Source of the DNA: Thermodesulfobacteriota bacterium | GTDB lineage: Bacteria > Desulfobacterota_D > UBA1144 > Nemesobacterales > Mycalebacteriaceae | Direction of reading: 5' to 3' | Assembly (NCBI GenBank): GCA_965205855.1 | Contig: OZ242184.1 | Location: 96,001 to 160,000, forward strand | DNA length: 64,000 nt | In this document: piece after piece, positions 38,737 to 48,129 of the stretch | Numbering within the stretch: the stretch's first letter is position 1 | Layout of the letters: the number at the start of each line of letters is the position of its first letter | Program-made: the position numbers and the translations under genes | The notes under the pieces: generated by a model | Told to the model about the DNA's origin: nothing | Databases searched by the model: none | What the model saw: the letters and a program-made list of their open reading frames with translations, nothing else

Positions 38737-40073
38737 TATTTTACTTCTTTCCCCACTAGGATAATGCCGATGTCCATAACGTTCGTTCCCGTGGGCCCCG
38801 TTTTTATCAAATCGCCGAGAGATTCAAAAAAAGAGTATGAGTCGTTTTCCATAAGGTGGTCGCGTGCGCTGATTCCTCTTTTCCGAGCTATAAGGCGCGA
38901 CTCGCCATCGCATATCGCGCCTGCGGCATCGGTGGGCCCGTCAATTCCGTCCGTTCCGGCAAAGAGGCCGACTATGTTTTTATGTCCTATTATCTCCATG
39001 CAGAAAGACAAAGCGGTTTCCGTGCATCTTCCGCCTTTTCCGCTCTTTTTCACATTGACGGTTGTTTCTCCTCCGAATATGACGCACGCGGGCATTGAGA
39101 GCGGTTTGCCGAATCTTTTAATATCAAGCGCGATTCCCGCAAAGCATTTTGCCGCCTCTTTCGCCTCGCCCGTTATTTGGGACGACAGCGCGATTGTTGA
39201 GTAACCGAACTCTTCTGCCTTTTCCCCCGCGGCGGATACGCATTTGTTGTTGTTTCCGATTATGACTGTCTGGGAGCGTGTGTTTTGCGGAATGTTGGCT
39301 CCGGTGGGCTGCCCGCCATGGTGAAGACCTTTTTCAAGTTCAACAACAACTTTCGGGGGAATTTGATGCTCAATCTCAAGCGCCTCAATCACGCGCCACG
39401 CTTCCTTGAAGGTTGTTGTATCAGCAACCGTAGGTCCCGATGCTATCATCTCCGGGCTGTCTCCCACGACATCGGACAGTATGAGAGTTATAACCTCGGA
39501 CGGAAGCGCCTGTTTTAGAAGTCCGCCGCCTTTTATGCTGGAAAGTTTCTTTCTGACGGTGTTGAGCCCGTATGTGTCAACTCCGGAGACAAGAAGTTGT
39601 TTTGTGACTTTCTGCTTATCTTCAAGGGTCAAGCCTTCGCGTGGCATTGCGAGCATTGAACTTCCACCGCCCGATATAAGGAACAGCACAAGGTCGTCTT
39701 TGTCAGTTTTTTCAAGTCTTTTCATGATTTCGCTTGCTGCGTGAGCGCTTTTTTCATCGGGAACCGGGTGACTTGAGATCATGAATTCCATCCGTTTGAA
39801 CCCTTGGGGCGGCTTTGAGTTTGAAACAACGATGCCGTCTGTAATGCGGTTTGCGAGCAGTTTTTCCGCGGCTTGCGCCATTGCCGCCGCCGCTTTGCCA
39901 AAAGAAAAGACATATATTCCCTTGTAGGAATACAGGTCGTAACTTTTCCCCTCGACTTTCAGTGTGTCATCTTCAACGGAAACATGCTCAAACATACACC
40001 GCGCGGGATTAACCGCTTCTATCGCGGATTCCAGTATCCGCATGGCGTCCTTTCTGAGTTTTTTGTTAGACAT
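38736..40073 (-). CDS. Glycerate 2-kinase (MOFRL/TtuD family)
   Basis: FGKAAAAMA, SHPVPD, ISGGGS, LSDVVGD, GGETTV, GTDGIDG, TGPTGTNVMD. Confidence 0.93.
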   Translation of the reverse strand: MSNKKLRKDAMRILESAIEAVNPARCMFEHVSVEDDTLKVEGKSYDLYSYKGIYVFSFGKAAAAMAQAAEKLLANRITDGIVVSNSKPPQGFKRMEFMISSHPVPDEKSAHAASEIMKRLEKTDKDDLVLFLISGGGSSMLAMPREGLTLEDKQKVTKQLLVSGVDTYGLNTVRKKLSSIKGGGLLKQALPSEVITLILSDVVGDSPEMIASGPTVADTTTFKEAWRVIEALEIEHQIPPKVVVELEKGLHHGGQPTGANIPQNTRSQTVIIGNNNKCVSAAGEKAEEFGYSTIALSSQITGEAKEAAKCFAGIALDIKRFGKPLSMPACVIFGGETTVNVKKSGKGGRCTETALSFCMEIIGHKNIVGLFAGTDGIDGPTDAAGAICDGESRLIARKRGISARDHLMENDSYSFFESLGDLIKTGPTGTNVMDIGIILVGKEVK

Positions 40074-40542
40074 TGTCTTTCAGGCCTTCCAGAATTTTAT
40101 CCACCGATTCGCGGGTCAGATTTTCGTGTAGAACGTTGTCAACCAGCATAACCGGAGCCGAACCGCAAGCTGCGAGGCACTCCGCCTCCATAACGGTGAT
40201 TTTGCCGTCCGCGGTCGTCTCTCCTGAGGAGATTTCGAGTTTGTTGTAAATGTATTCCTCAACTTCCTGCGCTCCCCTGAGTGCGCATGAAAGAGTCCTG
40301 CAAACCCAGACGGTGTGTTTTCCAACGGGTTTTGTAAAGAACATCGTATAGAAGGTGGCGACATTCTGAACGCTTGCGGGCGATATTTCCAGAATCTCAG
40401 AGACCTCAAGCATCGACTCTTCGGACAGCCATCCGAATTCTTGCTGAACCCGCCAAAGAGCCGGAATCAAAGCCGAGCGCGGCGTTACGGATTTCTTTGC
40501 GAGTTGCTCTATCTGTGTTCTTGTGTCTTCGGGCAGGGGCAT
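40066..40542 (-). CDS. nuoE: NADH-quinone oxidoreductase subunit E
   Basis: VATFYTMF, VCRTLSCALRG, ECLAACGSAP. Confidence 0.93.
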   Translation of the reverse strand: MPLPEDTRTQIEQLAKKSVTPRSALIPALWRVQQEFGWLSEESMLEVSEILEISPASVQNVATFYTMFFTKPVGKHTVWVCRTLSCALRGAQEVEEYIYNKLEISSGETTADGKITVMEAECLAACGSAPVMLVDNVLHENLTRESVDKILEGLKDNV

Positions 40543-40837
40543 TGAAACGCGCTCTTTATGGGTTGAAAAACGGAATAAAACTATACCATTGGAGAAAAGT
40601 GGGCAAGAAAGCGGAGTCTCTTACGCAATACAGTAGAATGGTAGACGTGTTTCACGTATTTGAAAGCGAAACGGAGCGCAACTTACCACAATGCTGAACG
40701 CTGAAACAAAAAGTAGCATAGCTCGACTTTGACGAGAATATACGCAAAATGATATTGGAATATTCGCACGTTTACGCTCCCCTGAAAATGTTCGAGACCG
40801 GGATCCAAAGGGAAAACTGAAAATCCTGTTCTTCCGC

Positions 40838-41596
40838 TCAATTCACATACTGAAACTGCGGATATACAAAACTGCCCTTCATCCATACCGCCCATGTGGG
40901 GTCGCCAATGGGTTTAAGTTTGTGGAGCGGGTGCCCTTTGGGAGCGACTACCTTAACCTTTGCATCGCTTATTGTCTTTATTGAGCCCAGATACGGGATT
41001 GGATACTTAACAATTCTATTTCCTTTTTTCCCAAAATAGTTCAGGTGTCCGCTCTCAGGATTTTTAAGTCTTTTCCCCGTAATGTTTGCTTCAACTTTGA
41101 TGAGGCTTTTTCCTCCGGCATGCAGAGTCGCTCTCAGTTTTTTGCCCGATTTGGAAGTGTCGACTTTTGTTTTCCCCTCAGTCGCCGGAATGCCCGCCTC
41201 TAAGGCAAAATTTCTCATTTTTTTCGAACTGTTGAAGTAGTGGACAAAATACCTACCCGGATAACCGTTATCCCTGTCCACCACATATGAGTCGTTTCCT
41301 TTTATCTCAATTGTCAGATAAGTGAGCGTGTAAGCGCCGAAACCCGATGTCTGACGGCTTCTCGGAACGGTGTACATGTTTATTACCACATGCCCGTTGG
41401 GGTGAGGCTCCAAGCCATCGGGAAGAAGCTCTGTAAGAGTTTTGGGATCGGCTTTGTATGCGGCTATGAACATCCACGCGTCCTTGACAAGTTGTGGCGC
41501 GGGAAGCGGGTCGGGAGTTTTGCCCGCAGTTGCAACCGCAACCGGCAACAAGATGAAAAGCATGGCGTATGCAAGCGCGTTTTTTAACTTTTTCAT
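40838..41596 (-). CDS. Exported acetoacetate-decarboxylase-fold-like protein lacking catalytic residues
   Basis: Signal peptide; YKADPKTLTELLPDGLEP and SGFGAYT resemble the ADC N-terminal region; SD AAGGAGG. Confidence 0.6.
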   Translation of the reverse strand: MKKLKNALAYAMLFILLPVAVATAGKTPDPLPAPQLVKDAWMFIAAYKADPKTLTELLPDGLEPHPNGHVVINMYTVPRSRQTSGFGAYTLTYLTIEIKGNDSYVVDRDNGYPGRYFVHYFNSSKKMRNFALEAGIPATEGKTKVDTSKSGKKLRATLHAGGKSLIKVEANITGKRLKNPESGHLNYFGKKGNRIVKYPIPYLGSIKTISDAKVKVVAPKGHPLHKLKPIGDPTWAVWMKGSFVYPQFQYVN

Positions 41597-41708
41597 AAAA
41601 TTTTCCTCCTTTGATGCTAACTTTAAATTTTTTAATGGAAAATTACGGAAAAATCAATACCCCTTGGTGCGGTTTGAATTGGCAAACCCTCTGAGCTATG
41701 CTTCTTGA

Positions 41709-42272
41709 GTGGCAAAAAGGCGAATAACAAGGGTTTACACAAAGACGGGAGATGGCGGTCAAACTTCGCTTGTGGGCGGCGCAAGGGCGGACAAGGATTG
41801 CGAAAGAGTCGCCGCTTATGGAGAGGTGGACGAGTTGAATTCGTCTCTCGGAGTTGCGAGGGCTTTTTGCGAAGACGATGAAATCCTTGCCGTTGTTGCG
41901 CAGATACAGAACGACCTCTTTATTCTCGGCTCCGACCTTGCCAGCCCGCCGGAGGTTGATGTTCCGAGGGTAGAGGCCGGGCGCATTGAAAAGCTTGAAA
42001 CGTGGATAGACCGTTTTCTTGAAGATATGCAACCGCTCAAAGAGTTTATACTGCCGACCGGAAAACCGGCGGGAGCGTTTTTTCACCTTTCGCGCACAGT
42101 GTGCCGAAGGGCTGAGAGAAAAGCCGTATCGCTTATGAAAAAGGAAAAAACCGGCCCGGAGGCAGTTGTTTATTTGAACCGTCTTTCAGATCTCCTTTTT
42201 GTACTCGCGCGCGCGTCAAACATCCGCGACGGGTTTGCCGAGGTTTCGGTTGACTTCGGTAAAAAACCTTGA
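41709..42272 (+). CDS. PduO-type ATP:cob(I)alamin adenosyltransferase
   Basis: YTKTGDGGQTSL, YGEVDELNS, RTVCRRAER, YLNRLSDLLF. Confidence 0.95.
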   Translation: MAKRRITRVYTKTGDGGQTSLVGGARADKDCERVAAYGEVDELNSSLGVARAFCEDDEILAVVAQIQNDLFILGSDLASPPEVDVPRVEAGRIEKLETWIDRFLEDMQPLKEFILPTGKPAGAFFHLSRTVCRRAERKAVSLMKKEKTGPEAVVYLNRLSDLLFVLARASNIRDGFAEVSVDFGKKP

Positions 42273-42937
42273 GACCGGAAACAAAAAAACGGGAGTTGAG
42301 CATAGTTCACCCCGAAATAGAGCGCTATATGGGAGCTCTTGTCGCGGGTGCGTTTCCTCCTGTTGACGAGACGCTTTCGGAGATGGAGTCCGTCGCGGGC
42401 GGGAGGGATTTCCCGATTGTGGGGCGTCTTGCCGGAAGGTTTCTTTTTCAGCAAGCGCTTCTGCTTGGAGCGCGTTCGGTTTTTGAAATGGGCTCGGGCT
42501 TTGGGTATTCGGCCTACTGGTTTGCAAAAGCGGTCGGAGGCTCGGGACGCGTTATCTGCACGGACAAGTCCGCCGAAAACGCCTCTCTTGCGCGGCGGTT
42601 TATGGAAAAAGCCGGGTTTGGGGAGCGGGTTTTATTTCAAACCGGAGACGCCGTTGATATTCTGGAAGGAACCGACGGGATGTTTGACATAGTTTTCAAC
42701 GATATAGACAAGGAGAGTTATCCCGAAGCGTTTGCGGTCTCGCGCGGGAAAGTTCGCAAAGGGGGTCTTTTTATCGCCGACAATGCTTTCTGGGACGGAA
42801 CGGCGGCGTTGCCGGACGGCTCGCCGGGCTCGAAAGGGATGATTGAATTCAACAGGGCCGTTATGTCCGACCCGGATTTTCTTACCGTTCAGATTCCCAT
42901 ACGGGACGGTATTTCTGTAAGTCTGAAACTGCGGTAG
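42269..42937 (+). CDS. Class I SAM-dependent O-methyltransferase
   Basis: FEMGSGFGYSAYW, FDIVFNDIDKESY, GGLFIADN, PIRDG. Confidence 0.9.
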   Translation: MRPETKKRELSIVHPEIERYMGALVAGAFPPVDETLSEMESVAGGRDFPIVGRLAGRFLFQQALLLGARSVFEMGSGFGYSAYWFAKAVGGSGRVICTDKSAENASLARRFMEKAGFGERVLFQTGDAVDILEGTDGMFDIVFNDIDKESYPEAFAVSRGKVRKGGLFIADNAFWDGTAALPDGSPGSKGMIEFNRAVMSDPDFLTVQIPIRDGISVSLKLR

Positions 42938-42970
42938 AGGAAGCTTTGTAGCATTGCAAAAACGGGCATC

Positions 42971-45604
42971 ATGAAAAAGAACGGAAAGACTGAAGAAAAA
43001 AAGGAAAAACTGAAGAAGTTTTACCTTCAGGGTGCGAAAAGGATAGAGAAAAAACACTTCTCCTTTGCAGCCAGAAACAGGATATACGCGGGAATGGACA
43101 TGGCGCGCGCGCGAACGGGTTTGACCGATTCGTTTATAAGGAAAGCCGCGGACAACGGGAAAATCCCCGCCGGCATATCAGTGGCGGCTCTGGGGGGATA
43201 CGGAAGAGGAGATATGTGCCCTTTTTCCGACATAGACCTTCTGCTTCTCTACAAACCGGGACTGGAGGAGATTGCCGAGCAGGTCGCGGTGAAAATCTTC
43301 TATCCGATCTGGGATTTGAAACTTGATCTCGGCCACTCGGTCAGAACCGTTGAGCAATGCGCGGATTTGTGCGCGTCCGATTTTGTTACAATGACCTCTC
43401 TTTTTGACTGCCGTTTTCTTTTCGGAGACACGGAGCAGTATCAGGCCCTGAGGAAGATACTGACCGAAGAGTTGATGCCTTCCTGTTCGGCGCGTTTTAT
43501 TGAAAGCAAACTGACCGAAGCCGAAGAGCGCAGGAAGAAGTTCGGGAGTTCCGTCTGGATGCTTGAGCCTAACGTAAAAGAGGCGGAGGGAGCAATCAGA
43601 GACATTAACACCATGCTCTGGATATCTCAGGCGAAATACAAAATCAAAACCTTCGAGGAGCTGTTAGGCAAGGGGATTATGACCGAAAAAGAGTTCAGGA
43701 TAACGATGAAGTGCATGAGCTTTCTCCTGCTTTTGCGCTCCGACCTTCATTACTTTGCCGGAAAAAAACAGGACCGGCTCAGCTTTGATATTCAAAGCGA
43801 GGTGGCGAAATTTTTCGGACACCGCGATTCCTCAACCAAAGCGGTTGAAAGGTTTATGAGAATCTACTACCTGCGCGCCGGATTTGTGAGCGAGCAGTTT
43901 GACAAAGTGGTTGAAAAGGTCAGCGAGGGTTCGTGGCGGCCCGCGCAAAAATCCAAAACCCGCCACCTTGGAAACGGCTTCACAATAAGCGGCGGCGCCC
44001 TTTCCGTTACGGGGAAAAATGTTTTAACCGAAAATCCCGCAAATCTCGTAAGGGCTTTTGAGTATGCCGACAGATACGGCGTTGAAATTAGCAGGTATAT
44101 GAGAAGGCTTATAAGGGATCAAGTTCCGCTTATTGATGAAAAGACAAGAAACAATCCGAAATTCAACCGGATATTTATCGGAATTCTGAAAAACGGAAAA
44201 AATGTCTATAAAACCCTTTCCCTTATGAACCGCCTGAGATTTCTTGCCCACTACATACCGGAATTTGGAAGGATTGTGTGCATGATGCAGCAAAACGCGT
44301 ACCATCTTTACACAGTGGATGTTCATTCCCTTTTTCTTGTCCGGGAGGTGGAAAATCTTTTCAAATACAAATACGAGCGGGAGTTTCCTCTCCTGACCAA
44401 GGTTGCCGAGACCGTTGTCAGCAGGGACATTCTCTACCTCGCGTGCCTGTTTCATGACATGGGAAAGGCGACCCAGGGCGACCATGAGCGCGAAGGGAGG
44501 AAATTGACTAAGAAGATAATCGGCCGGCTTGGTCTCGCGCGCCGGGACGCCGAGGTGCTTGAGTTTCTTGTCGGCAACCATCAGTTGATGTCGGATTTTT
44601 CTCAGAGGCAGGATATCAACGATTCCGAACTTGTGTCAAAATTCACCCGCGCCGTTGGAGACGAGGAGCGGCTTTCACTGCTTTACATGATTACTTTCGC
44701 GGACTTGAGGTCCGTCGGTCCCGGTGTGTGGAACAACTGGAAGGGTGTGCTGCTGAGCAAAGTCTATTTTTCCTCCCTGCGGATTTTTGAGTCCGGAAGC
44801 ATAGACCAGACGCGGTCAGCCGCTGTGAGAAAAGACATGGTTTGCAGGGAAATCGCCCGCATATCCGAAGGTAAAATCACCGGCGAGGAAGCAGCGGCGA
44901 TGATTGAAACAATGCCCGAATCCTATGTTTTTAACCACTCTCCGGCAACAATGAAAAGGCACCTGACTCTTATGAAATCATCCCGCGGACGCAATGTTAT
45001 GGATGTTCTCCATCATGAGGAAGAGGATTGCGACGAGGTTACTTTCTGGGGAAAAGACCGAAAAAGCCTTTTCTGTACACTCTGCGGTGTTATGAGCGCT
45101 AACGGTTTGAACATACTTGGAGCCAGAGCGGAAAAATCCTCTGGCGGAAAGGTTCTGGACGTTCTGTATGTGAATAAGCTCGGCAAGTCCGCGGCGGACA
45201 GTCCCGAACTGTGGAGAAAACTTGAGGAAGACACCGAAAAAGCCCTTTCGGGCGAGATTGACTTGAAAGCCGTTTTGAAAAAAAGGACGGAATTCGCTTT
45301 TTATGGGAAGACCGTTCCCCGTAATGTTCCAAAAATCTCTTTTGACAACGTCTCTTCGGACAAATCAACCATTGTGGAAATACTCGCGGACGACAAGCCC
45401 GGACTTCTCTATGGTGTAACAAACGCGATGGCGGAGACGGGGCTGTCAATTAACCACGCAAAGGTGTCAACAAGGGCGGAGCAGGTTTTTGACGTTTTTT
45501 ATGTTACCGGTCGCGGAGGACGGAAGGTGAAAAATCCCGATACTCTTGAGAAGGTGAAAGAGGCGATATTGGAAGCCGTAAACCCCAAATCCGCGGAAGG
45601 TTAG
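42971..45604 (+). CDS. glnD: [Protein-PII] uridylyltransferase
   Basis: ALGGYGRG...SDIDL, LEPNVKE, HLYTVDVH...LFHDMGK (HD domain), two C-terminal ACT domains. Confidence 0.95.
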   Translation: MKKNGKTEEKKEKLKKFYLQGAKRIEKKHFSFAARNRIYAGMDMARARTGLTDSFIRKAADNGKIPAGISVAALGGYGRGDMCPFSDIDLLLLYKPGLEEIAEQVAVKIFYPIWDLKLDLGHSVRTVEQCADLCASDFVTMTSLFDCRFLFGDTEQYQALRKILTEELMPSCSARFIESKLTEAEERRKKFGSSVWMLEPNVKEAEGAIRDINTMLWISQAKYKIKTFEELLGKGIMTEKEFRITMKCMSFLLLLRSDLHYFAGKKQDRLSFDIQSEVAKFFGHRDSSTKAVERFMRIYYLRAGFVSEQFDKVVEKVSEGSWRPAQKSKTRHLGNGFTISGGALSVTGKNVLTENPANLVRAFEYADRYGVEISRYMRRLIRDQVPLIDEKTRNNPKFNRIFIGILKNGKNVYKTLSLMNRLRFLAHYIPEFGRIVCMMQQNAYHLYTVDVHSLFLVREVENLFKYKYEREFPLLTKVAETVVSRDILYLACLFHDMGKATQGDHEREGRKLTKKIIGRLGLARRDAEVLEFLVGNHQLMSDFSQRQDINDSELVSKFTRAVGDEERLSLLYMITFADLRSVGPGVWNNWKGVLLSKVYFSSLRIFESGSIDQTRSAAVRKDMVCREIARISEGKITGEEAAAMIETMPESYVFNHSPATMKRHLTLMKSSRGRNVMDVLHHEEEDCDEVTFWGKDRKSLFCTLCGVMSANGLNILGARAEKSSGGKVLDVLYVNKLGKSAADSPELWRKLEEDTEKALSGEIDLKAVLKKRTEFAFYGKTVPRNVPKISFDNVSSDKSTIVEILADDKPGLLYGVTNAMAETGLSINHAKVSTRAEQVFDVFYVTGRGGRKVKNPDTLEKVKEAILEAVNPKSAEG

Positions 45605-45621
45605 TTTCCGGCGGTCGTGTT

Positions 45622-47208
45622 ATGGAAACGGAATCACAGATTTTGAAAACCGATGTTCTTGTCATAGGAGGCGGACTCGCGGGTCTATATGCGGCTTTCT
45701 GTGCGTCCTCGTTGGGTGCGAAAGTGGCTGTTGTAACCGGCACAACGTTGAAGGAAAGCAATTCCTACTGGGCTCAGGGAGGAATTGCCGCCGCGGTTGA
45801 CGCCGGAGATTCAACGCTTTTGCATAAGGACGACACCCTGAAGGCGGGTTGCGGTCTTTGTGTTGAGGATGCCGTGGAGGTTCTTGTGTGCGAGGGCAGG
45901 GAAAGGGTTATCGAGATGGCGGATTTTGGGATGGAATTTGACTTGAGTCCGCAAGGATTTGACCTCGGACTTGAGGGCGGACACTCCAAACGGCGCGTTC
46001 TCCATGCGGGCGGTGCGGCGACCGGTAAAAGGATGATTGAATTTCTCATATCTTCGGTTGAAAAGGCCAAAGACATTACAATCCTTGAAAAAACCGTGGT
46101 GGAAAGCCTTATCTTTGCGCCCGGCGAATGCTTCGGGGTGCGGGCGGTCTCCGCGGACCGCGGTCGCGCCGATATCCGCGCCCACTCCACAATACTGGCA
46201 ACCGGCGGAGCTGCCGCGCTTTTTGACCGCACGACAAACTCTCCGGGCGCGAAGGGAGACGGAATACGCATGGCGTATGAAGCGGGTGCGGAGATAATGG
46301 ACATGGAGTTTGTGCAGTTTCACCCGACCGTGTTTTGGTCTCCGGGCGCGGAGAGTTTCCTCATCTCCGAAGCCGTCAGGGGAGAGGGCGGAAGGTTGAC
46401 CGATAAAAACGGCGAAAGGTTTATGGATGACTATCACCCGCTTGGCGATCTTGCTCCGAGGGATGTGGTGTCAAAGGCGATTCACTCTCAGATGAACCGT
46501 AGCGGAAGGGATTGCGTCTATCTTGACCTTACTTCCATAAGCCTCGACATCTTAAAAAAAAGGTTTGCTGATATCCACAGGCACTGTCTTGAAAACGGTT
46601 TTGACTGCGCAGCCACACCCATTCCGGTGGCTCCCGCCGCGCACTACACAATAGGAGGCGTGAAAACAGGGCTTAACGGCGAGACCAATTTAAAGGGTTT
46701 TTATTGCTGCGGTGAAGTCGCCTGCGCGGGCGCGCACGGAGCGAACCGGCTTGCGAGCAATTCTCTGCTTGAATGTCTTGTTTTTTCAAAGAGGTCTGCT
46801 TTGGGCGCGGTTGAAAACCTGCGGAACGCGGCTGCGGATTCCAAACTTCTGCCGCCCGATGAACGGAGCGGCGGCGGGAAACCCGCGGACTTTGACATTG
46901 AACGCCGCGTTGTTTCGCAAACGGGACGGTTTCTCGGCATAGTCAGAAACGGTGAAAGTATGAAAATTTTTATAAAAAAGCTTGAAACCCTGCGCCGTGA
47001 GGCGGAGGATATGTCCGGATGGCCGGGGAGAAAGCTTGACTCAATGACGACCGTGTGCCTTATGATGGCGCGCGCCGCTCTTATGAGGGAAGAGTCAAGA
47101 GGCGTGCACATCAGGGAAGATTTTCCCGAAACCGACCCGAAGCTTTGCTACCACAGCGTTTTCCGCAGACATTCGGGTGGTCTTGATCCGCAGTGGGAGG
47201 ACTTGTGA
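45622..47208 (+). CDS. nadB: L-aspartate oxidase
   Basis: GGGLAG, SYWAQGGIAA, EGGHSKRRVLH, QFHPT, HGANRLASNSL, REESRG. Confidence 0.95.
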   Translation: METESQILKTDVLVIGGGLAGLYAAFCASSLGAKVAVVTGTTLKESNSYWAQGGIAAAVDAGDSTLLHKDDTLKAGCGLCVEDAVEVLVCEGRERVIEMADFGMEFDLSPQGFDLGLEGGHSKRRVLHAGGAATGKRMIEFLISSVEKAKDITILEKTVVESLIFAPGECFGVRAVSADRGRADIRAHSTILATGGAAALFDRTTNSPGAKGDGIRMAYEAGAEIMDMEFVQFHPTVFWSPGAESFLISEAVRGEGGRLTDKNGERFMDDYHPLGDLAPRDVVSKAIHSQMNRSGRDCVYLDLTSISLDILKKRFADIHRHCLENGFDCAATPIPVAPAAHYTIGGVKTGLNGETNLKGFYCCGEVACAGAHGANRLASNSLLECLVFSKRSALGAVENLRNAAADSKLLPPDERSGGGKPADFDIERRVVSQTGRFLGIVRNGESMKIFIKKLETLRREAEDMSGWPGRKLDSMTTVCLMMARAALMREESRGVHIREDFPETDPKLCYHSVFRRHSGGLDPQWEDL

Positions 47209-48080
47209 AACCGGAGAGAAAACCGCCGGTTCTTGACCGGAAAAAGGTCGACAGGCTTATAGAGGTCGCCGTGGACGAGGATGTCCGCGGCGGAGACATT
47301 ACAACCGAGCTGCTTTTTGAGTCGGACGTTCCTTGCAGCGCGGTGGTTCGCTCAAAGCAGAAAGGAATCCTTGCCGGGCTTGAAGTTGCTAGAAGCGTTT
47401 TTGAAAAGCTTGATAAAAACCTCGCGTGGAAAAGCGGCAGGAGCGACGGCGACATACTCGACGAAGGCACGGAGATAGTTTCCATAACCGGTTCCCAAAG
47501 GCACATACTCACGGGCGAGAGACTTGCGCTCAACATTTTGCAGAGGCTCAGCGGAATAGCCACTTTTACGGCGAAGTTTGTGGGTGCTGCAACAGGAATG
47601 GGCGTTCAAATTGCGGATACGCGCAAAACTGCCCCCGGGCTCAGAGAACTTGAAAAATACGCCGTTCGTCTCGGTGGTGGAGTCAACCACAGGTTCGGAC
47701 TTTATGACGGAATTCTCATAAAAGACAATCACATCAAACTTGCCGGCGGAGTGGCGCTGGCCGTCTCCAGGGCGAGACGTCGGGCGAATGAATCTTTCGA
47801 GCAATATGGGCGGTTTGAGATAGAGGTTGAGACCAAGGAATTATCTCAAGTCTCCGAAGCTGTGGAAGCCGGGGCCGACATTGTCATGCTTGACAATATG
47901 AGCGTGGAGCAAATTCGGAAGGCCGTACGGCTTGCGGGCGGTAAGGTTAAAATTGAGGCGTCCGGGGGCGTTACGCTTGAGAAAGTGAGGGAGATTGCCG
48001 CTACGGGAGTTGATATAATCTCCGTTGGTGCCCTCACACATTCCGCTCCCGCGCTGGATATCAGTCTTGATATGGTTTAA
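47205..48080 (+). CDS. nadC: Quinolinate phosphoribosyltransferase
   Basis: ERLALN, DTRKTAPG, NHRFGL, IKDNH, EASGG. GTGA overlap with nadB, SD GGAGG. Confidence 0.96.
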   Translation: MKPERKPPVLDRKKVDRLIEVAVDEDVRGGDITTELLFESDVPCSAVVRSKQKGILAGLEVARSVFEKLDKNLAWKSGRSDGDILDEGTEIVSITGSQRHILTGERLALNILQRLSGIATFTAKFVGAATGMGVQIADTRKTAPGLRELEKYAVRLGGGVNHRFGLYDGILIKDNHIKLAGGVALAVSRARRRANESFEQYGRFEIEVETKELSQVSEAVEAGADIVMLDNMSVEQIRKAVRLAGGKVKIEASGGVTLEKVREIAATGVDIISVGALTHSAPALDISLDMV

Positions 48081-48129
48081 CGCTCCCGACGCGGTTTGCC
48101 TCTTTGGTATGCTATAATCTAACGCGGAG

